This document shows positions 1 to 14,855 of a stretch of 64,000 nucleotides of DNA, in pieces (position 1 is the first letter of the stretch; every line of letters starts with the position of its first letter). The notes under the pieces were generated by a model. The model was not told the origin of the DNA. It saw nothing but the letters and a program-made list of their open reading frames with translations, and did not search any database. Made by a program: the position numbers and the translations under genes. The DNA lies in contig OZ024750.1 of NCBI GenBank assembly GCA_964016885.1, positions 23,436,001 to 23,500,000 on the forward strand, read 5' to 3'. The stretch is from Eledone cirrhosa (Eukaryota).

Positions 1-379
1 GGGATAATTGCTGGCCTTGGGCCTAAAGTAGAAACAATTATTATAATATACAAAGGCGGATTGGCAATATCGGTAGAACGTCGGACACTATGCTTTGCGG
101 CATAGAGTTATGGCCCGTTTCGTTCTGAGTTGAAATCCCGTAGAGGCTAGCTTTATTATAATTTATAAGGATGGTGGATTGGTTGTATCGGTAGAGCGTC
201 GCAGTAAATATTTAGTTACGACTTTCAACGTTCTGAGTTCAAATCCCACCGAGGTTAACTTTCTCTTTCATCCTTTCGGAGTCGATAAAATAAAATACCT
301 TCAATTACTGGGATATATTTAATCGACTCCCCCCCCCCCCCCCCTCCCATGCTGACCTTGCGCCAATGTCAGAAAGAAT

Positions 380-717
380 TACCGTATTTCCCGGCGCCGA
401 AGACGCACCCTAATTTTGACTACCAAAAAGTTGAAAAAAATAATAATTGTTTCTACGTTTGGCACAAGGCCAGCAATTTATCAGTGCATTACTGGTACTT
501 TATTTTATCGACCCCGTAAGGATGAAAGGCAAAGTAAACCTCGGCGGGATTTGAATTCAGAATGGCAAGGGCCGTAATCTATGCGTCAAAGCATGAGGTC
601 CGACCCTCTACCAATACTGCCAAATAAACAACCTTCGGCCTCCAGGACGCATGGTAGATTTTTGAGACTTATTTTAGGGGGGAAAAAATAGCATCTTTGA
701 CGCCGGGAAATACGGTA
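380..717 (+). mobile_element. TA-target MITE (TIR CCGTATTTCCCGGCG, Tc1/mariner-pogo type) with nested SINE (about 442-622, minus)
   Basis: TA|CCGTATTTCCCGGCG ... CGCCGGGAAATACGG|TA. Confidence 0.8.
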
Positions 718-1231
718 ATATAGTTTAGAGAACATCGCCTCCAGAGGTGAAATAAACTTTACATACGACACAATGGTGAATTTAAATAATAAATTAAATA
801 GCAACCTGAAATCTTTTTCATTTTTTTTTCTTTCCTAAAATACTCCCCATCCTTTCCTTAGTTCATTATTAACGTAAATCTCTTCCCAAATTTTCTTCCT
901 CCTCATTCTCCCCCTTATCATTCTTTGGATTTTCTATTCTCTTCTCTAAACTCCACCCCCCCCCCTTCTTCCTTCCTATATTTTGTTTCAATGTCCTCAA
1001 GCCAGTTCATCAATCCACTCTAATCCCCTTCTTCTCTTCACTTCTCCATCACAAGTACTCTTATTCCTGAAATAGCCACCGTCGCCATCAACGTCAAATT
1101 CCCTGCACCTCACCTCAATTCTATTCAATTCTTAACATTGCCACCTCCCCACTCCCCCAGCTTTACACTTGGTGAGTCCCTTCTAAGCTTAGAGGCCCCT
1201 TAACACACACATGGTCTCACAACAATTAAAC

Positions 1232-1385
1232 TACCATATTCCCCGGCGCCGAAGAAGACGCCACGTCCTCGAGGACGCACCCTAATTTTGACAACAAAAA
1301 ATTTGAAAAATACCAGGGTGCATGGTAGATTTTTGAGACTTATTTTAGGAAAAAAGAAGCGTCTTCGACGCCGGGAAATACGGTA
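1232..1385 (+). mobile_element. TA-target MITE, same family
   Basis: Same TIRs and internal sequence. Confidence 0.8.
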
Positions 1386-4300
1386 TTTTGAGGCGCCTGC
1401 TGATCGTGAAGCCCTAAGCAGTAGCTAGAATTCAGATGGCAAATCGATGACAGTGCGCATGCGTCAGCAAAATCATTTCCTTTATTTCCTTCGTTTTTTT
1501 TTTTTATAATACCACAAGTGAAACATATTTTTACTCATTTACTCCCAGGCATTGCCTGCGGTCATGCTGGGGCACCGCTTGCTTTAGTCAGATAGAAATA
1601 AAGCCAATTGTGATGATTCGTTACTTAAAATATTTTTTTCACATTTAGCATGGGACATCCAAAATTCAATACCCAGTATGCCGTCCGACTTAACGCTCCA
1701 AAGCCAAAGAGTGAGGCTTCTAAATAGTAACAAACACTTTAGAAAGTTACATGTTGGATAATGTGAGGTTTCTTACACACATGAAAAACATGGTATGTCA
1801 CGGCTAGAACGTCTTTGATAACCTGGGTCTAAACAACATGAGCTAAAAAGAGAAGCTTCTCAGAGATCGGTCAATCTATTAGAAGTAGCAGCCAAATCTG
1901 CCTCAAATTAATACAAGGGACACATTGGGTAGTGTAGTCCTAGATATTTACTTGTCTGAAAATAAAACCGAACTCGTGACCTCGTCAATGCGAAACGAAA
2001 TTAACCATTCTGCTATACCAGTTTCCTTTCATTAGTATATTATGTTAAACAACTCGCTGTTACAAAAACAAATACACTATTATATCTACCACATAATATA
2101 GAATTGTGCTGTCTGCAATAAAGTTTATTTATTTTTCCACCAATTATGACAGCTTTCTGGTTAATAACCATGGCTAATTACTTCTCTAAATCAGCGCTGC
2201 TACAGTGTATAGTCTTCTGTAGACATTAATATTTAAAAAGAGTGGTGTGACTGGGATGGGGAAAACACTTGGAGGGACAATATATATCTCAGTTGCGCCC
2301 CATGGACAAGATGGCGAAAGTATTACCACGAAGAACATTCAGTGATACCTGCTGCATCAGCCATTCAATTTGCAAAAATTCAAAAGCCACGTCAATCGTC
2401 ATCTTTTCTCTCCTTGAATTGTGTTCTCTCTCTCTCTTGTCCTTTTCCCTTCTCAGTAACCCCTTACCTTTTAGTGACTTTAATACCTTGTGTGGGGTGA
2501 ATAAATAAATAAAAATCATCTCATGAGGTCCTTCAGGGTCGTATTATCCACAAGACTGGCTAGGCTTAAACTTAGAGGAGGGACTGGAAGCAGGGACCCC
2601 CCCCCCTTTTTTGTGCTATATTGAAGTGCCAAAAGGAGCCCGAAATACTCAAGTCTTCCTTCCTCTCCTCAGACGTGATACCCTTTTCCCTATTTGGCAG
2701 AGAGGAAGACGGTGGTGTCCGGGGACCGAGGTCTTAATAGCGACTACCCTACCCCCCCCCCCCCCATAAAAAAAGGAACCGGTCAAGTCAATGCCTAAGT
2801 ATTTAAACATTGCTCCTTGAGTTGACACTACGTGCACTGGAAAGAAGAGTCCATCTTAACAGATGGCGACGGCGAAGATGCTATTCAACTGTCAAAACTG
2901 AACTGCTTTCTCAAAATAATTCTATTTTATTGAATCAATAGTCACGTGACTTTAATCCCCACCTCCACCACCACCACTAACTCACTCTCTCTCCGGGCAT
3001 CTACTATCAAAACGTATTTGCATTAAAAGAAGTAAAAAAAAAAAAAAAATTGAATTTTCTTTCTAATGATAATTACGAGACGTCAGGCAATAAATGTCGC
3101 TGTTGCTATTATTATAGGAGTTCAACGAAGGTTCTTTTTTTATTTAACCTATTAACTCTGTCTATCTCTATCTGTCTATCTATCGCCCCTCTTCCTCTAA
3201 TCACATCTCGTCTCTATAACTATGTATCCTTCTATATCTTTTGTCTACTTCCTTATACCCCCCCCCCCTCCCAAACTAAGCTCGACACGTCTCTCTCTCT
3301 CTCTCGCCTGTCATATTTTTGTCTCTTCACTCCCATCTCTCTCTCTCTCTCTCTCTCTCTGTTTTGTCTTTGTGACGAGATATTCCTGTCTTTCCTCTTT
3401 GCTGTCTGCCTCTTGTTAGCCCGGAAGTTGTTTGGATAGCAGGAAATAAGGACAACCTCTTATTGCACTCACACAGAGACAAAGACACACACACACACTT
3501 TTGGGACTGCAATACCAACCAAAACATTTTAGCGCGTAAAATTTCAGTAGAAAACAAAGGAAACTTTAAAGTCTATATAATGAGGGAGAGAAAAAATAAT
3601 TTGTCAATGAGATGAAAGGAATAAAAAGGAAACGAGTATAGATAATCTGATTCCCCCAATGGGGAAACAAAACAATTATTTATAGTGATCGAGATAAGGA
3701 GAAAGGGGAAAAGAAACAGAAATACAGACAGAGAGGGTTATGATGATTAATGAGAGAGGGAAAGGGAAGTTAATATAAATATAGACTAGAGTTGTTGAGT
3801 GAGATGGAGATGATCTAGATTGGTAGAAAGGAAGAGAGGGAGAAAGAAAATGAGAGAGGGAGAAAAAGAGAAGAGAAAGAAAAGAGAGACAGAGGGGAGG
3901 GGGAGAAGAGAATATCTCGGCTGTTGGAGGGTTGAAATTTCGGCTGCCATTGAGATTGAGAAATACGTGGAGTAGATGTTGGGGATGTCATTTGATAAGT
4001 AATGCAGGCTTTTGTCATTTTGACAGTAAGATTTCAATGAAACTCACAAACTCACAACGCCTTGAAAATCTACCGCCAATTTTCGTTCATATTTCACAAC
4101 GGTTGGTAGCGAGTGAGTTGGGTCGACAATGCCAACGAAGTTTTTTTTTATTATCGTTGATGGCTTGCTTGTATTACTAAAGTATCAGGTGATGCTGGTG
4201 ATTGTGTTTGGCTATTCCAGCAGATTTTGTTATTAGCTTCTCGCCTTACTGCGACATCAGATGATGCTCGGCTATTCCAGCGTCTTAAACATTTATTTCG

Positions 4301-4650
4301 TTACCATATTTCTAACGAGAAACAACATTGCTTATGATTTTCATTTTTTTTATATCCTAGAATTTGGAAAGATTTAGTAAAATAACTTAATATTAAGCTG
4401 GTGTTTTTTACATAAGGTTTTTACGTTAGATTGTGATGGTAGATTTTTAGACAAATATTATAAAGTTTTGTATCATAAAAGCAGAGGCAGATTCAGACAG
4501 TTTAGTATCAAAAGGGTTAATAAATAACCTGATTATCATCTTCTGTAATGCTGTATCTTTATTGCCTCAAACAATTTCTGAAAATAACACCTCAGCATTT
4601 CCTTTCGTGTGTAATTAAGTGTACACGTCTTCTCTCTGATTATTATTTTT

Positions 4651-4830
4651 TGGCAGTATCGGTAGAGGGTCGGACGCCATGCTTTCCAGCATAGTTACGT
4701 CCCTTTACGATCTGAGTTCAAATCCCGCCGAGGTTGACTTTGCCTTTCATTCTTACGGGGTCGATAAAATAAAGTACCAGTAATGCACTGGGTAATTGCT
4801 GGCCTTGTGCCTAAAGTAGAAACAATTATT
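4651..4830 (+). mobile_element. tRNA-derived SINE family A (representative of more than 25 full or partial copies in the window)
   Basis: A-box TGGCAGTATCGG, B-box GAGTTCAAATCC, core gcctttcatccttacggggtcgataaaataaagtaccag, tail gaaacaattatt. Further copies at about 171-330, 6293-6450, 27826-27962, 35955-36052, 38477-38622, 38856-39016, 58713-58882. Confidence 0.85.
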
Positions 4831-6765
4831 TTTTAAACTGATTTCTTTTTTTTTTCTTTTTTGTAAATCCAAACATTATTCAACAAATACTGTGGTATCA
4901 AATTATAAAGAAAAATACTTCCTCGTTTGCTTTAATTTTTTTTTAAAACACTATGTTAACTCTTTTAATACTAAACAACCGGAAACCACTTCTAGTTCTA
5001 AGATAAAAACTCTTTTAATCCAGGGGTGTGCAACATATTCCATTGGCGGGCCACTTTTGAACATTGGAACAACTATTAGGGCCATTAATATTTATTAAGC
5101 ACTATTCCAAAGATCCACCACAACTTCTTTCCATAACATGGAACTGAGAAATTATAACATATAACCCTATCAGTGAAGCCCTTTAGTATATAGGTCAACT
5201 AACAGAAAATTGTATTACGGTTAAGAAAAAAATTCTAAATAAACCTACAGGATAAAAATTAAAAACGGTCATCGCGGGCCACTCTGACTCGTTTGACAGA
5301 CCAGATTTGGTCCGCAGGCCGCCTGTTGCACGCCCATGTTTTAAAGTGTTTATTTAAAAGCCTTCCAACATTGTATGTACTAAAATAAAGTACCAGTAAT
5401 GTACTGGGTAATTGCTGGCCTTGTGCCAAAAATAGAAACAATTATTTTATGTAAGAATCTCTATGTTATGTCCCATACCAGCTCAATAACGAGAAAGTTA
5501 GTTATATTATTTAATTTTCCCCAAATTGTTGAGTATTTTCACATTTATCCGAAAGTCATAGGTGGTGTCTTTCATTAGAAATACGGCAAAGAACAGGGGG
5601 GGGGGGGCGCTGATAAACGAAACAAAGGACATAAAAATCGACAATCGACTGTAAGTGTATTAATTTATTGCAGTGCATTGTTGTATATCAGAGATTCGTT
5701 GAGAAGGTCCAGGGCGGGGCGCTGGCTTGTAGGCAGGTCTCTCTGGAAATAGGGTTGGGGGCACTGAGGGTTAATGTGGCCGTGAGGGGAACGGTGACCC
5801 AAAAAGTTTGAGGACCTCTGTTGTATATTCATGAAATAGTTGAACATGAATATTTTAAACCTGTTTAACAATCGTGAAGCATGCGATACAGAAGATATTA
5901 CTGAATGGTGTTGTGGTGGACGGAAAGTGACATGGCAAAAGAGACATTCTGAAGTGCAAATAGAATTTTCCAAATTCTTGAAATTTTTAAAAACTATCTG
6001 AAAATCACAGGCGGTGTCCTTCTTCTGAAATATGGTAATGAAATAGTTAACTTCTATATTAGGCTAAATGTCAATTGTAGTTTTAAATGTGAGCAATTTT
6101 TAAATGAGAAACACAAATGAGAAACTGATATTTAGAATGCAATCAAATGATAGCAAGTGACGATACAGAAATAGAAAAAGAACACTCGATGTGAAGGACA
6201 ACAGAGGCGGATGGAGGGCGGTGCTTTTTTACGTCATCACTGTTGTCAGGAAAATGCAACATTAGTTTGTTTTTCAAATTGGTACTATTCGTGGGCGGCG
6301 AATTGGTAGATTCGGTAGGACGTCGAATGGAATGTTTTGCGGTATTTATTCTGGCTCTCTGCACTCTAAGTTCCAATCCCGCCAAGGCTAATTTGCATTT
6401 CATCATCCCGTGGTCGATAAATAAAGTACCAGTTAAGTACTGAGGTCGATTCTTCTCTCTCTGAAAGAAATAAGTTCTGGTCAAACCTGGAGAGAGGATA
6501 GGTACTGCTAGATATAAAGTATTCAAGAGACGTTGTATGCCACGTAGGTGACATTGGGAGTGGAGGGGGGAGGGGGGGTCGTGGTATAGCCGAATAGTTA
6601 AGAAATTCACTTCACAATCATTGGGTCCTTGGATAATACCCCACCCCCGAGGATTACATTAACGCTACACGTGTCTGTGGAATGATTAGCCAATTACACG
6701 TTAATCTCTTGGGCAGGATGTTCCGTAGATGGGAACAACTGGAACATCATGGAAACGAACGGAGG

Positions 6766-6923
6766 TACCGTATTTCCCGGCGACGAAGATGCTTCGTCTT
6801 GATTTTGACAACCAAAAATTTGAAAAAAAAAAACCAAACAACTTTCGGCCTCAGGAGGCATGGTAGTTTTTTGAGATTTATTTTAGAAGGAATGTAGCGT
6901 CTTCGATGCCGGGAAATACGGTA
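6766..6923 (+). mobile_element. TA-target MITE, same family
   Basis: Same TIRs, TA flanks. Confidence 0.8.
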
Positions 6924-7226
6924 GGTAGTATATGCGTGCGTGTGTATCATAGTTAAAAAAGACTTCCTCGCAGTAATTGTTTTAGTTTCAATAAATGGGT
7001 TCAGGTTAAGTCACTTTGCCAGACAAGTACAACGCCAACATTCATGAAAAAATATCCGAGTATTCAACAGCTTGCTATCAACTTAGAAACGAGCCAGCGG
7101 GTTTACTTAACTTCAGCAACCTGCTGCACAGCAAGCACAACATCCAAGGGACACATCGTTTATAACCTTTTTCAAGTTGTATCAGGATCACCCCTTTACA
7201 AAAACTAAACACCACATATCAATAGT

Positions 7227-7401
7227 TACCGTATTTCCCGGCGCTGAAGACGCTTCGTTCTCGAGGACGCACCCTAATTTTGACAACCAAAAATTTGAAA
7301 AAAAAAATAATAAACAACCTTCGGCCTCCAGGACGCATGGTAGATTTTTGAGACTTATTTTAGGGAAAAAAGTAGCGTCTTCGACGCCGGGAAATACTGT
7401 A
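7227..7401 (+). mobile_element. TA-target MITE, same family (uninterrupted copy)
   Basis: Same TIRs, TA flanks. Confidence 0.8.
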
Positions 7402-8372
7402 GTTTGATTTATTTTCATAACAGTTAAAAAAACAAAACATTGGCACTAGATTTATAATCAATTCGAATTTTTTTCCCATACGCTGATGCGCGTGTGTGTA
7501 TGTGCATATGCGTACATTTATATGTATGAGTATATAAATATAAACGTGCAAACACAGACACACTTCCCATTCCTTCCTTTTACACACACATAGATTCACG
7601 CAAGCAGCAGACGTAAAGAGAGAGGAGTAGTATGAGGTAGTCAAACTACTCCTCTCTCTTTAGATGTGACAGAATCACAGAAATTTATATATAGATAACA
7701 AAATAAGACCTGCAAGCAGTGGCCTAAGTAGTGTGTGCCCTTGATTTTGCTGTGCCACTTAGCACACCACATACTCAAATATATACCTCAAACCCCAAAG
7801 TGTCACCTCCTTAAAAGTGTCAGCCGGAACAACCACTCCCACACTTCCTAGTTACGCTACTGTCGGCGAGATGCTCTAACTGAGAAAAATCTGTCAACAA
7901 GATCAGAAAAATGGTAGGTGATGACACCAACCTACCGTCACATGCAACAACAAAGAGTACCATAATTCGAACATGTCAGGAAAATTCCACCTTACTATCC
8001 AGTTAACCCTTTAGTTTTTAAACTGGCCATAATCTCTCACTTCTTTCTGTTTAAACCAGCTGTAATCAGCTGCTCACACTTATGTTAAGATAATGTTCTC
8101 AAAATAAATAATATCAAAATCTCGTAGCTTCGATATTATGTGAGATAATTATGTGAAATAAAGTGTTTGCTCTGAAATACAATATTAGAGTAATGTAAAT
8201 GCTAAAGAGTTAAAGCCTCGAGTGTTTAACAACACAAGGGGCGATATTTCATCTTAGAAGTCGCGCCTCCTCTTTTTTGCAAGTTTATTGAATAAAATTT
8301 CGAAAACTGCTGTTGATTACATGAGAAATGTTCCACAACATCAGGTAGCTGCTAGGCAGATAACAACAAACA

Positions 8373-9860
8373 AATAACCAGGACCCGACAAAATTCCTTT
8401 GGAATATACAGGGAAACATTTTCAAAGATTATATATGTTTTTTTTTACATATTTGGGAACAGGAACAACTGCCAGGTGACTGGAAGGAGGATAACAAAAT
8501 CAACATCTTCAGAAAATGAGATAAGAGATTATACGACAAGTAAAGAGGAATCTCTCTCCTCTCCATAGCAGGGAAGATATAAAGAAACATCAGAGGAAAC
8601 TTCGGGCCATCATGAACATCAAGTGGCAGGATAAAGCGCGCAACACCACGACACTTGACAGGGCTGTCAGAAGAAGCATCGAAAGCACCATAATGGTGCA
8701 ACGCTTGCGATGGGCGAGACATGTCACACATGAATGAATGCAATTATCCAAGAAAGTTTTCTACGGTGAACTGACTGGAGGAAAACGTCATCTTGGTGCA
8801 CCAAGATTCTGGTTAACAGTAATAATTGTTTATACTTTTGGCACAAGGCCAACAATTACTCCAGTGCATTACTGGTACTTTATTTTATCGAATCCGTAAG
8901 GATGAAAGGCAAAATTAACCTCGGCGGGATTTGAACTCAGAACGTAAAGGGCCATAACTATGTTGCAAAGCATGGTATCTGACGCTCTACCGATACTGCC
9001 ATACAGCAACCGGCATCATGCTGAACGAGGAAGACTTGAAGAAGTGGACAACTTCAAGTACCTAGGATCCAGTCTGACCAAAGATGGCAGATCTCAAGAG
9101 GAGATACTGACAAGACTCTTCTGGTCACTTCTACCATGGGAAAGCAACTCCATCAGATTTCCAACGAAGCTCAAACTATACAAATCCTTGGTGACTTCGA
9201 TCCTTTTGTAAGGGTGTGAGAGTTGGACTTTCACAGCTGACATGCAACGAAGAATCCACTCATTTAAGAATAAGTGCTTCAGAAAGAAGCTACACATCCT
9301 GTACACGGATCACAAAACAAACAACTTTGTCAGGCAGCAAGTTAACAAATATGCTGGCAGACAGGAACAACTCCTTGTAATAATTGTTTCTATTTTAGGC
9401 ACAAGGCCAGCAATTATCCAGTACATTACTGGTACTTTATTTTATCGACCCCATAAGGATGAAAGGCAAAGTTAACCTCGGCGGGATTTGAACTCAGATC
9501 AACTCTTTGTAATAATTGTTTCTACTTTAGGCACAAGGCCAGCAATTACCCAGTGCATTACTGGTACTTTATTTTATCGACCCTGTATAATGAAAAGACG
9601 GAAGCTTACCTGGTATGGTCGTATATCCACCACAACTCATTGTCCAAAATCATCCTTCAGGGCACAGTCGAGAGAGAGAGCGAAAAAGAGGAGGACTAAG
9701 AAAATCTTAGTCCGACAACACCAAAGACTGGATTGGTCACACATCGAGACCCTTCTACGCAAGACGGAGAATAGAGACCAAATGGCGACAACTGACTTTA
9801 AAAGCGTCTAGAGTGGCACCCCAATGACTGGCTGCACCAGTTGCGGGAACATGATGATAC
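8373..9860 (+). mobile_element. Decayed RTE-clade LINE remnants interrupted by SINE A copies
   Basis: Frame-broken RT motifs PGPDKIPLE, RGISLLSIAGKIY, LRWARHV, LEEVDNFKYLGS, KLKLYKSLVTSILL; ATG-repeat tail. Confidence 0.8.
8821..9001 (-). mobile_element. SINE family A
   Basis: Reverse complement of the full consensus, inserted between LINE remnants. Confidence 0.85.
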
Positions 9861-10254
9861 TTGGTACAACATTCTGAGAAGCCAATAGTCGGATGGTACG
9901 GTGAAAGAATCTGTTTTGCTACATCCATCTAAGAATCAAGACGGAACTGAAATTTTTTTTTTATGATTTCAGGATAAATCTGCTTGTGAAAATATCAAAA
10001 TTACATGAAAAAAATGGAAGAGAAAAAAGAAAAAGGAGAAAACAGAGAATAAAAGAGAGAGAAAACGAGAAAAAGAGAAGAGAAAAAAAAAAAAAGACTG
10101 AGTTAAAGGGAGATAACTCTTAAATTAATTTGAAAGAGTCATCCAAACGGTTTTATTTTGTACATATAAAACACTATATAAAAAAGAGAAAATGCGGAAG
10201 ACACGCAATAAGGGGCACTGGAGTTACCCTCTAATAATTTTGTAGGCAAGCTAA

Positions 10255-10710
10255 TACATTCGTAGCATTGCTGCGGGTGATAGTGTGGCTACGACGCTGG
10301 AATAATCAAGCAACCGCATTAGTATCATCTAATACGTCTGTAAATACGAACCACCAACAATGACAAGAACCACGTTGTCAGTGGTACCACTTCCCCAAAC
10401 GTCTCGACCGTCACAAGTTGAAAAAAAATAATTTGCTGATAAGTCCTAGTATTTTAGAATTTTATTCCGTTTGACTTTGAATGAGCTTCACCTTTAGCTC
10501 AGCATCCAGGAGTCGCTAACTACGGCGTCTAAATAAAACATCAACCTGTTACCAAAGGTAACTCTGAACAATCAATTTGGCTCCAAAGTTGAGGGGGATA
10601 TTGATTCTTGCCAAGGCTTGCTTGATAATTAGGCTTAGCTCAGTATGACGAGCGAAGCGACCTGCGTTCAGACGACAAGACAATCCACGAAGAACCGTGG
10701 AGTCAAGGGG
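10255..10710 (-). mobile_element. Decayed CRE-clade (restriction-like endonuclease) non-LTR remnant
   Basis: Minus-strand peptides GLSCRLNAGRFARHTELSLIIKQAL..IP, VETFG, LFQR.S.TI.R.NA. Confidence 0.6.
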
Positions 10711-13339
10711 TTTGCTACAATGACATTTAAATCAACTACAGACTGAGTAAATCTTTACTGCATAGCACAAGGATCACGCTTTAGTACAGTATGTGAGTCT
10801 AGTGCTCTAGTCATATCTATGATGCTTTATACGAATATCGACTCAGTAGACATGGTGTGGCTGAATTGTCAAGAAGTTCGCATAGCAATCATAAAAATGT
10901 AGGTTTCATCCCACTGCATAACATCTTAGGCAAAGGCCATTTACTGAAAACTTTAGTTGGCCCAAGCCTTGAGTGAATTTGGGTAGATGGAAACTGTTTA
11001 GAAGCCCATCGGATGGACTGTAGCTAGAAATTCAAAAGGCCAATTATGTTACAGAGAGGAGAGAGGGGGGTCCGTGAAATGCTCAGCTAATTTCACAAGC
11101 TGGCCGTTCCGTTGATCGAACAATTGACCACTCCTCGTCGAAACCGACAAAAGTCCATTCCTTATCGACCCAGTACTTGGACTGCTACTTAATTTTATTC
11201 ACCTCAAAAAGGAGAAAATTAACGATAAATTCATCAGAACTTAAACCATGAACACAAAGAGTCGTGACTAAATACCGCAAAAAAAATGTTGTCCACTAAA
11301 ATGTATGAAATATTCATATAAAGAGCCAATATAATAAACTTATCAATTTTTCATAAATGAAAATGTAGCATGTAATTGAATGTGCATGTCTTCTCCCGTT
11401 GTGTTTCTTCTCTCTGGATAGTTTGTTGTAAATCATAAGCACTGTATAATTTGAAACTATTTGCTCCTTGAATACAATTACAATTACAAAAAATAAAGTT
11501 TATAAATGAGAAAAAGAAAGGAAAGAAAAAGAGGGGGAAAAACTCCTCACCTTTGGCTGGCCCGCGGACAAGTTGGTGAAAGTGTTGCTGCGGAGTTTAA
11601 AAGTCTAAAGTCTGCCTTAAGCCAGAAGGCTCATTTGGCCGGTGCTTATCTCCGTTTCATGGCATGAAGCGACTGAGAGTACAAGACTCCCCACTGGACA
11701 GGACGCCAGTTCATCGCTGAGTTAAACCCCCAGCTATTGCTGGTACTCATTTTCAGCTGGTTATACTGGAGCAACGTGAAATGAAGTGTTTTACTCAAGA
11801 ACACAACACACAACCCAGGAATCGAACCCACGACATTATGATCTTAAGTCCAACACTAGGCCCCGTGCTTCCACGCTGCGGAGAACAACCAATGATACCC
11901 GCTATATCAGCCATTCGACCTTGTGTGGCCCCTTCCTTAGGTGTGATGATGTCCTCTTCCCGATTTGGTGTCAGAAAACAGCAGTCCGACCGAAAACAGG
12001 AGTTTTCAAATAAATTATTTATGTAAAAATAAAAAAATTGTTAATATGTAATACAAACCCTTGTAATATTCTTCGGATGGCATTGATACCCCAACCTGCA
12101 GTTCTGGACGAAGTCCTGACATTTCAGTTGCAGTGTGACGAACATTTTGATACGAAGAAATAAATGATAAATGTTAAGTGAAGTCAACAGTTTTTCAAAT
12201 GGTCAAAATGACTCTTCCATGTAGTAATTGCTTTAGTTTAAACATGCTCTTAAATACAACAACTCCGAAACAAAAAATTAACAAAAAGTTCCTAATCAAG
12301 GGCAGTAACTTTTATATTTAGTACAGGTTATCTAACTTCAATCAAGATCTGGAAATGTGCTAACGCTAAAGTCTGTGTGGTAGTTGCTAGACCTGCTGCA
12401 AATAGTAGCAATATTTTTTTAACCCTTTAGCATTTACTTATATTCTGTCATTTCTTATATTCTGTTACTGTTTCACTGGATTCAGTCATTAGACTGGGGC
12501 CATACTTAATCCTTTAGCATTTACATAACTCTATATTTACTATTATATTTTCATGGTAAACGTTTTTTCTCACATAATATCGAATCTATGAGATTTTAAT
12601 ATTATTTATTTTGAGAACAATACCTTAACATCAATATGAGCAGTCAGTTACAGCCGGTTTGAGCAGAAAGAGGTGAGAGAATTCTGGCTGGATACTTTAG
12701 AGATGATACAATAGTATTTTAAATATTAAATGATACATATTATATATAAATATAGTAAAATAAAAATATATAATATTTATTTATACATAGTATATATTAT
12801 ATTATTTATTATATATTATTTGTAATTTGCATGCGTGTGGGTCTCTCAGGAAATAGGGTTGGTGGGGCACTGAGAATATTACATGGCCGTGAATGGGGCA
12901 GTGGCCCCAAAAGTTTGAGAACTATTACTTGAAAGGAATAGAAATGTGAAAGTGAGAATTATGAAATAATATAAATTTAAATAAAGAAATATAGAATGTA
13001 AAATCCTACCATTTTAGGTATGTAATCCTTTGGTATATCTTTCCTTAAATGGATCTTCTGGATATTCCCATTCTCAAGATAATTATTACAGATAATTATA
13101 TAACAGAACAAGAATCTCAACCTGAATGACAACTTACTATTTTTATCTCAATGACAATTTATGATTAATAATTTAGTATTTTACCTGGATAACAATTTAT
13201 GATTAACAATCCAGATAAAATACCTGGATAACTATCTATGATTAGCAATTTAGTATTTTACCTGGATAACAATTTATGATTACCAATTTAGTATTTTACC
13301 TGGATGACAATTTATGATAAACAATTTAGTATCTTACCT

Positions 13340-13937
13340 GCATGGCATGTGATTAGAATGTCTCAGGAAAGAATCGCTGGACAGATTTTACAGACAAAAC
13401 CAAACGGCAAGAGATCCAGGGATAAACTCCGAGCAAGATGGCTGGATAACATCCATGAGCTCGGCTGGTCTCACTTGGGATCCAGCCAGATCAGTTGGAA
13501 ATGGTTTCTTCAATTTAATATTTTACCTGAATGACAATTTATGATTAACAATTTAGTATTTTACCTGGAATGAAGAATCTAGTCATTCAAGCACAAATGG
13601 AGCACAAAACAGTTTTGTCAAGCAGCAAGTTAAATATTCTGGCAGACAGGAACCACTCCTTGCGATGGTGAAAAGGCAGAAGCTTGCCTGGTATGGTCAC
13701 ATATCCCACCACAACTCCTTGTCCAAAACCATCCACCAGGGCACAGTTGAGGGAGGGTGAAGAAGAGACAAACAAAGAAAATCCTCATCTGACATCAAAG
13801 ATTGGACTGGTCACAACATTGAGACTCTGCTACACATGATGGGGGATAGAGGCCTATGGTGATGACTGACTGCAAAAGCATTTAGAGTGGCACCCCAACA
13901 ACTGGCTGCACTAGTTGCAGGAACATGATGATGGTGA
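13340..13937 (+). mobile_element. Two RTE-LINE 3' fragments inserted in the 38-bp minisatellite
   Basis: HVIRM..ERIA.QIL...PNGKRSR...RARWLDNI at 13340-13508; 13570-13937 is homologous to 9245-9860. Confidence 0.7.
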
Positions 13938-13943
13938 TTTAAC

Positions 13944-14855
13944 ATTTTACCTGGATAACAATTTATGATTACCAATTTAGTATTTTACCTGGATAACAAT
14001 TTATGATTTCCAATTTAGTATTTTACCTGGATCACAATTTATGATTTCCAATTTAGTATTTTACCTGGATAACAATTTATGATTTCCAATTTAGTATTTT
14101 ACCTGGATCACAATTTATGATTTCCAATTTAGTATTTTACCTGGATAACAATTTATGATTTCCAATTTAGTATTTTACCTGGATCACAATTTATGATTTC
14201 CAATTTAGTATTTTACCTGGATAACAATTTATGATTTCCAATTTAGTATTTTACCTGGATCACAATTTATGATTTCCAATTTAGTATTTTACCTGGATAA
14301 CAATTTATGATTTCCAATTTAGTATTTTACCTGGATCACAATTTATGATTTCCAATTTAGTATTTTACCTGGATAACAATTTATGATTTCCAATTTAGTA
14401 TTTTACCTGGATCACAATTTATGATTTCCAATTTAGTATTTTACCTGGATAACAATTTATGATTTCCAATTTAGTATTTTACCTGGATCACAATTTATGA
14501 TTTCCAATTTAGTATTTTACCTGGATAACAATTTATGATTTCCAATTTAGTATTTTACCTGGATCACAATTTATGATTTCCAATTTAGTATTTTACCTGG
14601 ATCACAATTTATGATTTCCAATTTAGTATTTTACCTGGATCACAATTTATGATTTCCAATTTAGTATTTTACCTGGATAACAATTTATGATTTCCAATTT
14701 AGTATTTTACCTGGATAACAATTTATGATTACCAATTTAGTATTTTACCTGGATAACAATTTATGATTTCCAATTTAGTATTTTACCTGGATAACAATTT
14801 ATGATTACCAATTTAGTATTTTACCTAGCTGACAATTATGATTACCAATTTAGTA
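13944..14855. repeat. 38-bp minisatellite, about 24 copies (older degenerate units at 13100-13570)
   Basis: Unit ttttacctggat(a/c)acaatttatgatttccaatttagta. Confidence 0.95.

Noticed and set aside
4651-4730. tRNA genes at A-box/B-box motifs
   Set aside because: These are SINE heads: no complete cloverleaf and always followed by the SINE core and tail.
13944-14855. CRISPR-like regular array
   Set aside because: Contiguous tandem units with no unique spacers; eukaryotic context; no cas genes.
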